From: an uncultured delta proteobacterium
GTDB lineage: Bacteria; Desulfobacterota; Binatia; UBA9968
Reading direction: 5' to 3'
DNA: 64,000 bases
NCBI GenBank assembly: GCA_963755715.1
Contig: CAVWLW010000001.1
Span: 64,001-128,000, forward strand
Shown one piece after another: positions 32,480-42,073 of the stretch (position 1 is its first letter; every line of letters starts with the position of its first letter). Position numbers and translations under genes: made by a program. The notes below the pieces were generated by a model. It had not been told where the DNA came from, did no database searches, and worked only from the letters and a program-made list of their open reading frames with translations.

Positions 32480-33257
32480 ATCCGGCAATCCAAACTCGCG
32501 ATCTGTCATTCGCTTATCAAGACCGGTTAGTGCTTCACGACGTGTCACTGTCGGTCGATCGCGGTGAAATGATCGGCATCCTCGGTCCCAACGGCTCGGG
32601 GAAAACAACCTTGCTCAAGATATTTTCGGCGGTGTTGCATGGGCAAGGCGCGGTCAAGATAAACGATAGGGACATCGAAACCTATGGCCGGCGGGACTTG
32701 AGCAAACTTTTTGCCGTCGTAGCGCAAGAAAGCCGCGTGAATTTTCCTTACACCGTTGCCGAAGTCGTCTTAATGGGGCGAGCCAGTTATCACAGCGCCT
32801 TCGCTCTCGAAGGAAAAAAAGACCTTGAGATCGCCCGGGCGAGCATGGAACTGACCGATTGCTTGCTCTTCGCCAATCGTTATCTCCACGAGTTGAGCGG
32901 CGGCGAAAAACAACGTGTGATAATCGCGCGCGCCTTGGCGCAGGAGCCAGAGATACTTTTGCTCGACGAGCCCTCCGCCTTTCTCGATCTCAAACATCAG
33001 ATCCAGGTCTTCGAGCTTTTGTGCCGACTCAACCGCGAGCGCGGCCTGACCATCGTCGCCGCGTTGCACGATCTCAACCTCGCTTCGCTGTTCTTTCCCC
33101 GTTTAGTGATGCTAAGGGATGGGAAAATCTACCGCGACGGATCGCCGCAAGAAGTGCTGACCGAGGCGACCATCGAGGAAGTGTACGGCATTCGCGTTCG
33201 ATCGAACACGATCCCGTCAGCGAGAAACCGCAACTGTTCATTTGCCCATCTTTGTAG
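32476..33257 (+). CDS. btuD: Cobalamin/iron ABC transporter ATP-binding protein (frameshift near 3' end)
   Basis: GPNGSGKTT, LSGGEKQR, LLLDEP, ALHDLN. Confidence 0.88.
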
Positions 33258-33265
33258 ACCCAGAC

Positions 33266-34420
33266 CTACGACCGATTCGCCTTTCGATATCCCAGCGCAT
33301 CCTGCGCGATGATCATCTTCTGCACGTTCGAGGAGCCTTCGACGATCTGGTAGGACTTGGCGTCACGATAGTAACGCTCGACGGGAAATTCAGTGGAATA
33401 ACCGTACGCGCCGAGAATTTTCATCGCCGCGTCGGCAGCGAAGTTGGCGGCCTCCGCGGCGCTGTATTTGCCGATAGACGTTTCTAAATTGTTGGGTTGC
33501 TTCTGATCTGCGAGCCAGGCAGCGCGATAGACGAGCAGGCGCGCCGCTTCTTCGTGGGCGATCATCTGCGCGATCAGATCCTGATTCATCTGAAACTCGC
33601 CGATCTTCTGGCCAAATTGAACCCGCTGATTGCAATAACTCACCGCGGCCTCTTTGGAGGCGCGCGCAACTCCTAACGCGCCCGCGGCGCAATTGAGCCG
33701 GGTTTGATTGAGCTGCCACATGCAGATTTTGAAACCGTCGCCCTCGTTGCCGAGCCGGTTCGTCACGGGAATTGGAAAGTTGTCGAAGATCATTTCGCCG
33801 ATCGGCGAGCAATGCGCGCCCATGGTTTCGAGCGGCTTGCGGGTCAAACCCGGTCGATCCCAGTCCGCATAAAAAGCGCTCATGCCTCGATGTTTTTGCG
33901 ATCGGTCGGTGTAAGCGTAAACCAAGCCACCATGGGTCACCGGCGCATTGGAGATCCAGAGCTTGCTGCCGTTCAGCAAATAGCGTTCACCGTCCTTCGT
34001 CGCTGTCGTGCGCAGCGCCGCCACGTCGGAACCGGCGTCGGGCTCGGTGATCGCGAAGCAGCCGATTTTTTCACCGGCGACGAGCGGCGGTATAAATTTT
34101 TTCTTCTGCTCTTCGCTGCCAAATTGCAGCAGCGTGAGTGCCGGACCGATTTGCATGTTGATGGCAACCCGCATGGCGCTGTGGGCGCGCGCAATCTCTT
34201 CGGTGACCAGCACCATGGCGAGAAAGCCGAGACCGTTGCCGCCGTACGTTTCCGGAATCATCGTGCCGTAAAAACCCAGCTCGCCCATCTTTTTTATCAG
34301 GTCAGGACGAAAATTCTTTTCTTTATCATCCTTGGCGGCGCTCGGCGCGATCTCCTTCTCGGCAAATTCGCGCGCCAGGTCGCGCACTGCGATGAGCTCT
34401 TCCGATAATGCAAAATCCAT
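33266..34420 (-). CDS. acd: Acyl-CoA dehydrogenase, non-decarboxylating glutaryl-CoA dehydrogenase-like
   Basis: ITEPDAGSDV, FQMNQDLIAQM, LGAYGYSTE, IVEGSSN, C-terminal LGYRKANR. Confidence 0.75.
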   Translation of the reverse strand: MDFALSEELIAVRDLAREFAEKEIAPSAAKDDKEKNFRPDLIKKMGELGFYGTMIPETYGGNGLGFLAMVLVTEEIARAHSAMRVAINMQIGPALTLLQFGSEEQKKKFIPPLVAGEKIGCFAITEPDAGSDVAALRTTATKDGERYLLNGSKLWISNAPVTHGGLVYAYTDRSQKHRGMSAFYADWDRPGLTRKPLETMGAHCSPIGEMIFDNFPIPVTNRLGNEGDGFKICMWQLNQTRLNCAAGALGVARASKEAAVSYCNQRVQFGQKIGEFQMNQDLIAQMIAHEEAARLLVYRAAWLADQKQPNNLETSIGKYSAAEAANFAADAAMKILGAYGYSTEFPVERYYRDAKSYQIVEGSSNVQKMIIAQDALGYRKANRS

Positions 34421-34432
34421 TGTGCCTCCAAA

Positions 34433-34510
34433 AATAGGCAATAGGCACGCGGCAACAGGCAATAGTCCCCACTCCCCAACTTTTGCCTATTGCCTATTGC
34501 CTGTTGCCTT
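34433..34510. repeat. 7-nt-period palindromic repeat (AGGCAAT / TTGCCTA units)
   Basis: aataggc aataggc acgcggc aacaggc aatag ... ttgccta ttgccta ttgcctg ttgcct; overlaps the last codons of the upstream ACAD gene. Confidence 0.85.
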
Positions 34511-35678
34511 GAGTAGTTCTCGCGCAATGATAAGCTTCTGGATCTCCGAAGTGCCTTCATAGATCCGCAACGCGCGCACGTCGCGATATAGCCTTTCCAT
34601 AATGCTGCCTGCGATCAAGCCATTGCCGCCGTGGATCTGCAGTGCCTGATCGACGATGCGCTGCGCCGCTTCCGTGGCGTAGAATTTGGCCATGGACGAT
34701 TTCCGTTTGGCGTCATCGTCCGCACAATCGTGCGCCCAGGCGGCTTGGTAGACGAGCAAACGCGAGGCTTCGAGCTCCGTCGCCATTTCCGCGAGCTTGA
34801 ACTCGATACCTTGAAACTCAGCGATCGGCCGGCCGAACTGCCGGCGGGTTTTGCTGTACTGAACCGCTTCGTCCAAAGCTCTCTGCGCCAAGCCGACCGC
34901 GGCGGCGCCGACGCTGCACCTCAGGAGATCGAGAGTCGCAAAGGCGATTTTCAGTCCTTCGCCCTCTTTGCCGAGCAGCGCGTCTTCACCCACGACGCAG
35001 TCGGCAAATTCGATCACGCCGATCGGATGCGGCGCGAGCACCTCAGTTTTTTCTTTGATGAGCAGTCCCGGCGTATTGGCCGTAAGCAAAAAAGCGCTGA
35101 TGCCTTTGGCTTTTTTTTCCGGCGCGGTGGCGGCGAAAACGACGTAGTTGTCGGCGATGCCCGCGTTCGAGATGAACCGCTTCGTGCCCGTCAAGCGGAA
35201 TTCATTTCCGTGGCGCTCCGCGCGAGTTTGCAGGGACGCCACGTCAGATCCAGCGTCAGGCTCGGTAATAGCGAAGGCTGCAATACATTCGCCTCGTGCG
35301 ATCGCTGGTAGGAGACGGCTTTTTTGCTCGCCATTGCCGGCAAGTGAGATCGGGTAGCTGCCCAGAGCCTGCATCGCAAACATGGTGTCGCTCAACGCAT
35401 CGCCGCGCGCCAGCTCTTCGCGCAAAATGCACAAGTCGCGGGCCTGGACTGTAGCGCGAATGCCGCCGAATTCTTCAGACACCGTGTACTTAAGAAATCC
35501 GCCAGCGCCAAGCTCGCGCACCAAGGCGATAGCGCGTTCCTCCAAAATTGCCGTGGTGCCGGCTAAATGAAAGGCCCTTCTCGTCGACCCAACGCCGCGT
35601 GCGCTCGCGCAAAATTAAATGATCCGGTTTGAAGAACGGCAACATGCAATCTTGATCCGGGAATTTTGAATTCGCCAT
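34487..35678 (-). CDS. Acyl-CoA dehydrogenase (frameshift near 35560)
   Basis: FAMQALGSYPI, FAITEPDAGSDV, RLYRDVRALRIYEGTSE. Confidence 0.9.
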
Positions 35679-35679
35679 G

Positions 35680-36459
35680 CTAAACCATTACCGCGCCGCC
35701 ATCGACGTTCACGGCTTGGCCGGTCATGGCGCTGAGTTTTTCCGAGGCGATCAGGACGGCGAGCGAGGCCACTTCAGCGGGAGCGATCAAGCGATTCTGC
35801 GGTGCGCTGGCGGCGAACAGATTAAGAATCTCCGCCGCGCTCTTGTCGGTTTTTCCAGCCATGATTCTTGCGTTCTCGCGGGTGCGCTCGTCGTCAACGT
35901 AGCCGGGACAAATCGCATTAACAGTGATTCCCTGCCGCGCCGTTTCCAACGCCAGCGATCGGGTCAACCCGAGCAGCCCATGTTTCGACGCGGTATAAGC
36001 CGTCACGTAGGGATAGCCGACTTTCGCGGTGGTCGATGCGATATTGATGATGCGGCCCCATTTGGATTGAATCATCCCCGGCAAAAAAACCTTGCAGCAA
36101 TTGTAGGCGCCCGTCAGGTTTGTTTCCAGAGTCTCATCCCAGAGGTCGTCGGCCATGTCGAGAAAGCGCGCGGCGCGCGCGATGCCGGCGTTGTTGATCA
36201 GAATCTGCGCGGCACCCCAAGCGGCGATAATTCTACCGGCGAGTGCTTGCACCTGGTCTCGGCGGGCAACGTCACACGCCAAGGCGAGCACTTGGCCGCC
36301 TTCCCGGGCAATTCTTGCCGCGCTCACATCGAGCTTATCCTGATCACGAGCGGTGAGAACGACACGGCAATCCTCCGCCGCGAAAGCTTCTGCGAAAGCC
36401 GCACCCAAGCCGCCGCTGCCACCGGTAATGATAACAATTTTCCCCGCCAAGCCGGCCAT
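35680..36459 (-). CDS. SDR-family NAD(P)-dependent oxidoreductase (3-hydroxyacyl-CoA/3-hydroxybutyrate dehydrogenase-like)
   Basis: TGGSGGLG, NNAG, YTASK, NAICPG. Confidence 0.9.
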   Translation of the reverse strand: MAGLAGKIVIITGGSGGLGAAFAEAFAAEDCRVVLTARDQDKLDVSAARIAREGGQVLALACDVARRDQVQALAGRIIAAWGAAQILINNAGIARAARFLDMADDLWDETLETNLTGAYNCCKVFLPGMIQSKWGRIINIASTTAKVGYPYVTAYTASKHGLLGLTRSLALETARQGITVNAICPGYVDDERTRENARIMAGKTDKSAAEILNLFAASAPQNRLIAPAEVASLAVLIASEKLSAMTGQAVNVDGGAVMV

Positions 36460-36575
36460 ACCCACCGAGAATAACACATCCCTCAGCTTCAAGCGCAATC
36501 GGTAATTCTGCGGCGCTTGTCCTCGGAAAAGTTTTTCGATAAAGGAAACGCAGTCAAGTTACCGGAGGCTAAGCC

Positions 36576-37646
36576 GTGATGCGCTCGATCATCTTTGTCA
36601 TTATTCTTTTTGCGGTCTCGTCATCCCTGGCGTCGGCCCAACTCAAGCCGAGTTCAACCTCGCCTTTTACCTGGCGCGAAGCCCAGGCGTCAGAAGATTC
36701 GGAGCTGGATCGGTTAAATCGCGCGTTCGTTCAGTTGGCCGACCATGCTCGTCCCGCGATCGTACAGATCCGCGTGACCACGCAGGACGCAAAAGGCAAC
36801 CCGGCGCCGCCTCTCGGCAGTCGCGGCTCCGGCTTCATCATCGACGCGCACGGTTACATCTTGACCGCTCAGCACGTGGTCGAAAAATCCAAAGAGATTG
36901 AAATCCGGCTCGCCGACTCACAACGGCTGCCGGCGCAGGTCATCGCCACAGATAGCCAGATCGACGTGGCCATTCTCAAAATCACCACCGAGCGAGAGTT
37001 GCCGACTTTGGCGTTCGGCAATTCCGATACGATTCACGTTGGCGATCTGGCCGTCGTCTTCGGTTATCCCTTCGGTCGCGAAAGCTCGATGAACTTGGGA
37101 ATTGTCAGCCGTTCGGGGCGAAGTTATCCCGATTCGGCGAGTTATGATTTTATTCAAACCGATGCCGGCGCCTACCCCGGCGGCAGCGGCGGCCCGCTGC
37201 TGAATAGCAAAGGGCACGTGATCGGCATGATCACGATGGCGGCAGAACGGGGCAATATGGGATTCGCCACGCCGATCAACGCCATCAAGCGGATCCTGCC
37301 TCGTTTGGTGAAAGGAGAGAAATTTACCTGGGGCTGGCTCGGGGTCCAGATGTCGGATATCTCGCTCGAACAGGCAAAGATACTCGGACTTCATCCCGTG
37401 AAAGGGGTAGTGGTCAGTTCCGTGCTGCCGGGACAGCCCGCCGCGCGCGGCGGCATTCAAAAACAGGACGTGATTTTGTCGGTCAACGAAACCCAAGTCG
37501 ATAGCCCGCGCGATGTCTCGCGCATGATCGGCGGCTTAGAAGCCGGCCGAGTCGTCCATTTGACCATCCTGCGCAAGGGTAAATCCATGCAGCTTTCCGT
37601 TCCGCTGGGTATTCGCCCCGAATCGACCAAGGCGCGCGAGGGTTGA
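36576..37646 (+). CDS. HtrA-like trypsin serine protease with one PDZ domain
   Basis: Signal peptide, GSGFII, TAQHVV, IDVAIL, QTDAGAYPGGSGGPL, GWLGV. Confidence 0.88.
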   Translation: MMRSIIFVIILFAVSSSLASAQLKPSSTSPFTWREAQASEDSELDRLNRAFVQLADHARPAIVQIRVTTQDAKGNPAPPLGSRGSGFIIDAHGYILTAQHVVEKSKEIEIRLADSQRLPAQVIATDSQIDVAILKITTERELPTLAFGNSDTIHVGDLAVVFGYPFGRESSMNLGIVSRSGRSYPDSASYDFIQTDAGAYPGGSGGPLLNSKGHVIGMITMAAERGNMGFATPINAIKRILPRLVKGEKFTWGWLGVQMSDISLEQAKILGLHPVKGVVVSSVLPGQPAARGGIQKQDVILSVNETQVDSPRDVSRMIGGLEAGRVVHLTILRKGKSMQLSVPLGIRPESTKAREG

Positions 37647-37655
37647 TTTTTACTT

Positions 37656-40109
37656 CTATTGGGCCGTGTCCGCTGATTTCTCGCCGCCCGATGCCGCCAT
37701 GTGTTTTTGCTGTTCGGTGAATTGCTGCAATTTTTTCTGCACCCGCTCGTTGACCGTTCCCTCGACATAATTACCCGCCGAGTCGCGCGCCCCGGCGGGC
37801 ACGCCGGTCAACACTTCAATGCCTTCATCGATGGTGCCGACCGCGTAGATATGAAACTTATTCGCTTTAACCGCGTCGACCACGTCCGGTCGCAACATCA
37901 AATGGCGCAGGTTGGCGCGCGGAATCATCACGCCTTGGGCGCCCGTCAGTCCTTTCAGCCGGCACACGTCATAATGACCTTCGATTTTTTGATTGACGCC
38001 GCCGATCGCCTGAACCTCGCCGTTTTGATTGACCGAGCCGGTGACGGCGATGCCTTGTTGGATGGGGATTTCCGATAAGCTCGACAGGAGTGCGTAAAGC
38101 TCGGTAGATGACGCGCTGTCGCCGTCGACGCCGTCGTAGGATTGCTCGAAACAAACCGTGCTCGATAACGAGAGCGGCGTCTGCTGCGCATATTTACCGC
38201 CCAAGTAGCCGCCGAGAATCAGCACGCCCTTGTCGTGGCTCTTGCCGCTCATCTTCGATTCGCGCTCGATATTGACGATGCCGCCGCGCCCCATAAAAGT
38301 CTTGGCGGTGATGCGCGACGGCTTGCCGAAGCTGAAATCGCCCATTTGATAAACGGCCAGTCCGTTGACCTGGCCGATCGCCGCGCCCTCGACGTCGACC
38401 AGAATGGTTCCCTCGGTGATCAACTCTTGGAGACGCTTCTCGATCAAATTGAGACGAAAGTTTTTTTCGACGATCGCGCGCTCGACGTGCTTTCCGGAAA
38501 CCAGTTCGGCCTGATCTTTTCCTGCCCAATAATTCGACTCGATCAGCAGATCGACCATATCGCTGAAGCGGGTCGAAAGCTTGTTCTGATCCTCGATCTG
38601 TCGAGCCGCTTGTTCGATGACACGCGCTACGGCTTCGGAATCTAAGTGGCGCAAGCCCTCGCGGTTACAATAATCGCTGATGAAGCAGGCGAACGCCGTG
38701 ATATTTTCTTGCGTGCGATCGACTTCGAAATTGAAATCGGCCTTCACTTTAAATGTCTCGCGGAAATCCGGATCGGCGGCGGCCAAGCTTCGATACAACG
38801 TCGGGTCGCCGATCATGATAATTTTGGTATCGGTCGGAATCGGCTCGGGGCGCAGCCCCTGGGGCGGCACAAAGCCGAAAAACGCGCTCGGCTCCTCGAT
38901 CCTGAGCTCGCGGTTTTTTATCACGCGCTGTAGCGCCTCCCAGACTCCCGCGTTCGACAACACGTCGCGGTCGTAGAGGACCAAATAACCGCCGTTGGCC
39001 TTGCTGATCGAACCGGCCTTGATCATCGTGAAATCGGTCACGTAACCGCCGACCATAGGTTTCTTTTCAATGACGCCGAACACGTTGTGATAAGTCGGAT
39101 TGGTTTCAACGATGATCGGCGGGCCGTGAGTGTCGCTGTTGTCGACGAATACGTTGATTCGATAGGGCAAAAACGGATCGGTGGGCGGCTCACCGAATTG
39201 CATCGGTCCCAGCGCCGCCGCACTGGGCGCGCCCTCGGCGCCTTTGAAGCGTCCGAGATTTTTGAGAATATGATCGCGCACACCGTCGAGATAGGCGACG
39301 ACTTTGGGATATTCGCGGTATTTTTCTTTGAGATCGGCAAGCGGCATGCGCACGAGATAGTCCGCCGCCCGGGTTTCCGCTTCTTCGAGCTTCTCGCCGA
39401 TCTCCCGTTCGAGTTTTCTTCCTTCGCGCATCGCATCTTCGACTTTTTTTTCGATCTCGCCGCGCGTTTCCTCCAGCCGTTTCTTTTCCGCCGTCGGCAA
39501 AGCGAGATAGTCCGCCTCCTGCATCGGCTTGCCGTCCTTCGTCGGCAGCAGCACGATGCCCGATGGCGTCATGCGCAAAGTAAATCCACCCCTGTTGGCT
39601 TCCTCGATCAGCCCTTCCATCGTCTGCTGTTGTTTTTTCTGGATTTGCTCGACCATTTCCTGGCGTTGATGCGCGTATTCATCGCTCTCGAACATTTTTT
39701 TGGCTTCGCGCTGCACGCTTTGGACGAATTGTTCCATATCGGCTTTGAGCACTTTCCCCCAACCTCGACGGATTCTCAGCGCCAGCGGCCGATCGGCATC
39801 GGTAAAATTGTACACGTAACACCAATCTTCAGGCACCGGCGAATCAGCCACGGAAACCATTTGCCGGTTGGTAATTTTCTTGAGAAAGGCTTTGATGATA
39901 CTGGTTTTGCCGGTGCCGGTAAGTCCGGTGACAAAAATATTGAAACCGGGCTTGTTCACGCCCAGACCGAATTCGATCGCGCGGATCGCGCGGTCCTGGC
40001 CGATAAAATCTTCCAGCGGCGTCATCTCCGCGGTACAGCTGTACGGCAGAAAAGACAAATCGCAGCGCCAGGCGAGTTTCTCTGCTGGAACTTCGAAGCG
40101 TGTGGACAT
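37656..40109 (-). CDS. Lon-like protease (LonC type, S16 family)
   Basis: IGQDRA, GLTGTGKT, long coiled-coil insert, DGDSAS (catalytic Ser), IGGVNQKIEG (catalytic Lys). Confidence 0.92.
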   Translation of the reverse strand: MSTRFEVPAEKLAWRCDLSFLPYSCTAEMTPLEDFIGQDRAIRAIEFGLGVNKPGFNIFVTGLTGTGKTSIIKAFLKKITNRQMVSVADSPVPEDWCYVYNFTDADRPLALRIRRGWGKVLKADMEQFVQSVQREAKKMFESDEYAHQRQEMVEQIQKKQQQTMEGLIEEANRGGFTLRMTPSGIVLLPTKDGKPMQEADYLALPTAEKKRLEETRGEIEKKVEDAMREGRKLEREIGEKLEEAETRAADYLVRMPLADLKEKYREYPKVVAYLDGVRDHILKNLGRFKGAEGAPSAAALGPMQFGEPPTDPFLPYRINVFVDNSDTHGPPIIVETNPTYHNVFGVIEKKPMVGGYVTDFTMIKAGSISKANGGYLVLYDRDVLSNAGVWEALQRVIKNRELRIEEPSAFFGFVPPQGLRPEPIPTDTKIIMIGDPTLYRSLAAADPDFRETFKVKADFNFEVDRTQENITAFACFISDYCNREGLRHLDSEAVARVIEQAARQIEDQNKLSTRFSDMVDLLIESNYWAGKDQAELVSGKHVERAIVEKNFRLNLIEKRLQELITEGTILVDVEGAAIGQVNGLAVYQMGDFSFGKPSRITAKTFMGRGGIVNIERESKMSGKSHDKGVLILGGYLGGKYAQQTPLSLSSTVCFEQSYDGVDGDSASSTELYALLSSLSEIPIQQGIAVTGSVNQNGEVQAIGGVNQKIEGHYDVCRLKGLTGAQGVMIPRANLRHLMLRPDVVDAVKANKFHIYAVGTIDEGIEVLTGVPAGARDSAGNYVEGTVNERVQKKLQQFTEQQKHMAASGGEKSADTAQ

Positions 40110-40178
40110 GATGAGCTCCTTGGAGTCGTAATCGAGTCGAGAATAGGGACTCGGTCGGCGCTCGTCAACTGCTTGCCA

Positions 40179-40207
40179 TTGCTACGGCCGAGCATAATTC
40201 CTATAAT
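40179..40207 (+). promoter_or_regulatory. sigma70 promoter TTGCTA-17-TATAAT, 6 nt before the M48 gene ATG (leaderless-type)
   Basis: Perfect -10 with a 17-bp spacer. Confidence 0.6.
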
Positions 40208-40213
40208 CCGTCG

Positions 40214-41635
40214 ATGATTGGCCAAGGCGTCACGCGCCGGCCATGGCACGGCCATTGTGCATGGTTGCTTTCAGTCGCTCTACTGCTCAGCAGTTGCAGT
40301 TCCGGGTTGGCCCCGGTTATTCCTTCAGTCAGTCCGCCAAGTGAAGACGAAGAGAGCAAAATCAGCCGCGAGTTTCGCCGCGAAGCAAAAAAATTTTTGA
40401 AATTCCCTAGCAATCCGGAAGTCGAGCGTTACATCGATCGCATTGGCCGGCGCATCCTTGCCGCCACCGGACCGCTGTCGTTTGACTATCGATTCTTTGT
40501 CGTCGAAGACGACCAGCTCAACGCATTTTCCGTTCCCGGCGGATCGATCTACGTATACACCGGACTGATCGAACGGGCGAAGAGCACGGATGAACTAGCC
40601 GGAGTATTGGGACACGAAATAACGCATGCCAAAGGGCACCACATGGCACGCTCGTCGGGGCCCGACGCAATTTCGATTCTGAGCCTGCTGGCGATGGTAG
40701 CGCTGGCAAGAAGTGGCAGCGGTGGGCAAGCAGCAGGCATAGTCGGGCAAGCCGTCTCGGCGACGCGCCAGTTGGCCTTCAGTCGCCAACTCGAAATGGA
40801 AGCCGATACCCTGGGGACACGATACATGGCGGCGGCCGGTTACGATCCGAAAGGGACGATCGCGTTTCTTAAAATGCTGGACCAAGAACGGGCGCTGAAC
40901 CCGATCGACGTTCCGGCCTATGTTATGAGTCATCCGATTACCCAGGAACGAGTCGCTAACGCCGAACTGGTGGTCAAATCACTGACACCGCGCGAATTGC
41001 GTTCCGAAAGTCCTGAGGCGTTGAAGAAAGTCCAGATCGTGATCCGCATGGATCGCCCTGGCCGCGAGGCTGTGGTGAACGAGTATGAAAAGCTGGTGCA
41101 AAAAAATCCGCAGGATGCCCAACTCCGCCATCTCTTAGGATTTGCCGAACAGCTGCAAGGGCAGTTGCCACAGGCGCGGCAAAATTATGAAAAGTCCCGG
41201 CAACTGCAGCCTGAGAATCCAGGCTTGGAACGTGACTTGGGCCGTTTGTATGGCGAAATCGGCGACTTTAACGAGTCGCGAAATGCTTTTGACCGTGCTC
41301 TAGCGCTCGAGCCCAACGAATCTCTGACCTACCTTTACTTAGGAGATATGCTGGAAAAATCAGGGGATTTGCGCGGCGCCGCCGGCGCTTTTCTGAACGC
41401 GCAAAACCTTGCGCCGTTCTGGGACCGACCGCCGAATCGGCTCGGTATGGTGTATGGAAAACTCGATCGGCCGGGGGATGGTTATTATTACATCGGCCGA
41501 TCGTTTATGCTCCAGGACGAAGATGAAAAAGCAATCTCCAGCCTTGAGCGAGCAGTCAAAATCATCGGCGCCGATACGCCGCGCGGCAAAATCATTCAGG
41601 ATGAGCTAAATAACTTAAAAACCAGAAGAAGATAG
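40214..41635 (+). CDS. M48 metalloprotease with TPR repeats (BepA/YfgC-like lipoprotein)
   Basis: Lipobox LLSSC, NAFSVPGG, HEITH, EMEAD, SHP, C-terminal TPRs. Confidence 0.9.
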   Translation: MIGQGVTRRPWHGHCAWLLSVALLLSSCSSGLAPVIPSVSPPSEDEESKISREFRREAKKFLKFPSNPEVERYIDRIGRRILAATGPLSFDYRFFVVEDDQLNAFSVPGGSIYVYTGLIERAKSTDELAGVLGHEITHAKGHHMARSSGPDAISILSLLAMVALARSGSGGQAAGIVGQAVSATRQLAFSRQLEMEADTLGTRYMAAAGYDPKGTIAFLKMLDQERALNPIDVPAYVMSHPITQERVANAELVVKSLTPRELRSESPEALKKVQIVIRMDRPGREAVVNEYEKLVQKNPQDAQLRHLLGFAEQLQGQLPQARQNYEKSRQLQPENPGLERDLGRLYGEIGDFNESRNAFDRALALEPNESLTYLYLGDMLEKSGDLRGAAGAFLNAQNLAPFWDRPPNRLGMVYGKLDRPGDGYYYIGRSFMLQDEDEKAISSLERAVKIIGADTPRGKIIQDELNNLKTRRR

Positions 41636-41636
41636 G

Positions 41637-42011
41637 CTACGGCTGCCCGCCCATAGCAGCCAGGGAAAACACTCTCTGGCCGAGCGGCTTGACGTATTTA
41701 TTTTCTCGCTTAAGCAGCACATCGCGCAGGTATTGCGGGTCAAAGCCCAATAAATCGCAGATGTTGGTAAAGGAAAATAGCCAATCGGTACCGTTATCCA
41801 TCACCCATTCAATCGCGTTTTCATAATTGCTCCGCGCTACACTGTTCCTCGACCCGCGGTATTTTTCCAAACATTCGACCGCATCCTTTAAAACCGCGAT
41901 CATGAGGCGTTTTTCACCTTCCAGTTTACGTGACAAACCTCCCGAACCGTAAAACTGCGAAGGTAAAAAAATATCGGGTTCAAGAATCCTTGCTAAAAAA
42001 TCATCGTACAT
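41637..42011 (-). CDS. Conserved hypothetical protein (paralogue of 50480-50935)
   Basis: GAGGAG RBS; PDIFLPSQF, EKRLMIAVLKDAV, WLFSFTNICDLLGFDPQYLR. Confidence 0.8.
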   Translation of the reverse strand: MYDDFLARILEPDIFLPSQFYGSGGLSRKLEGEKRLMIAVLKDAVECLEKYRGSRNSVARSNYENAIEWVMDNGTDWLFSFTNICDLLGFDPQYLRDVLLKRENKYVKPLGQRVFSLAAMGGQP

Positions 42012-42042
42012 TGCAACCAGTCTCCTCGTTAATTTGAAACGC

Positions 42043-42073
42043 ATTCTATAACATACACGCTAATAGCGTGCAA
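42043..42073 (-). promoter_or_regulatory. Promoter TTGCAC-19-TAGAAT with a perfect dyad CACGCTA-A-TAGCGTG (42056-42070)
   Basis: Palindrome overlaps the -35 and spacer; alternative -10 TATAGA at 17 bp. Confidence 0.5.
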
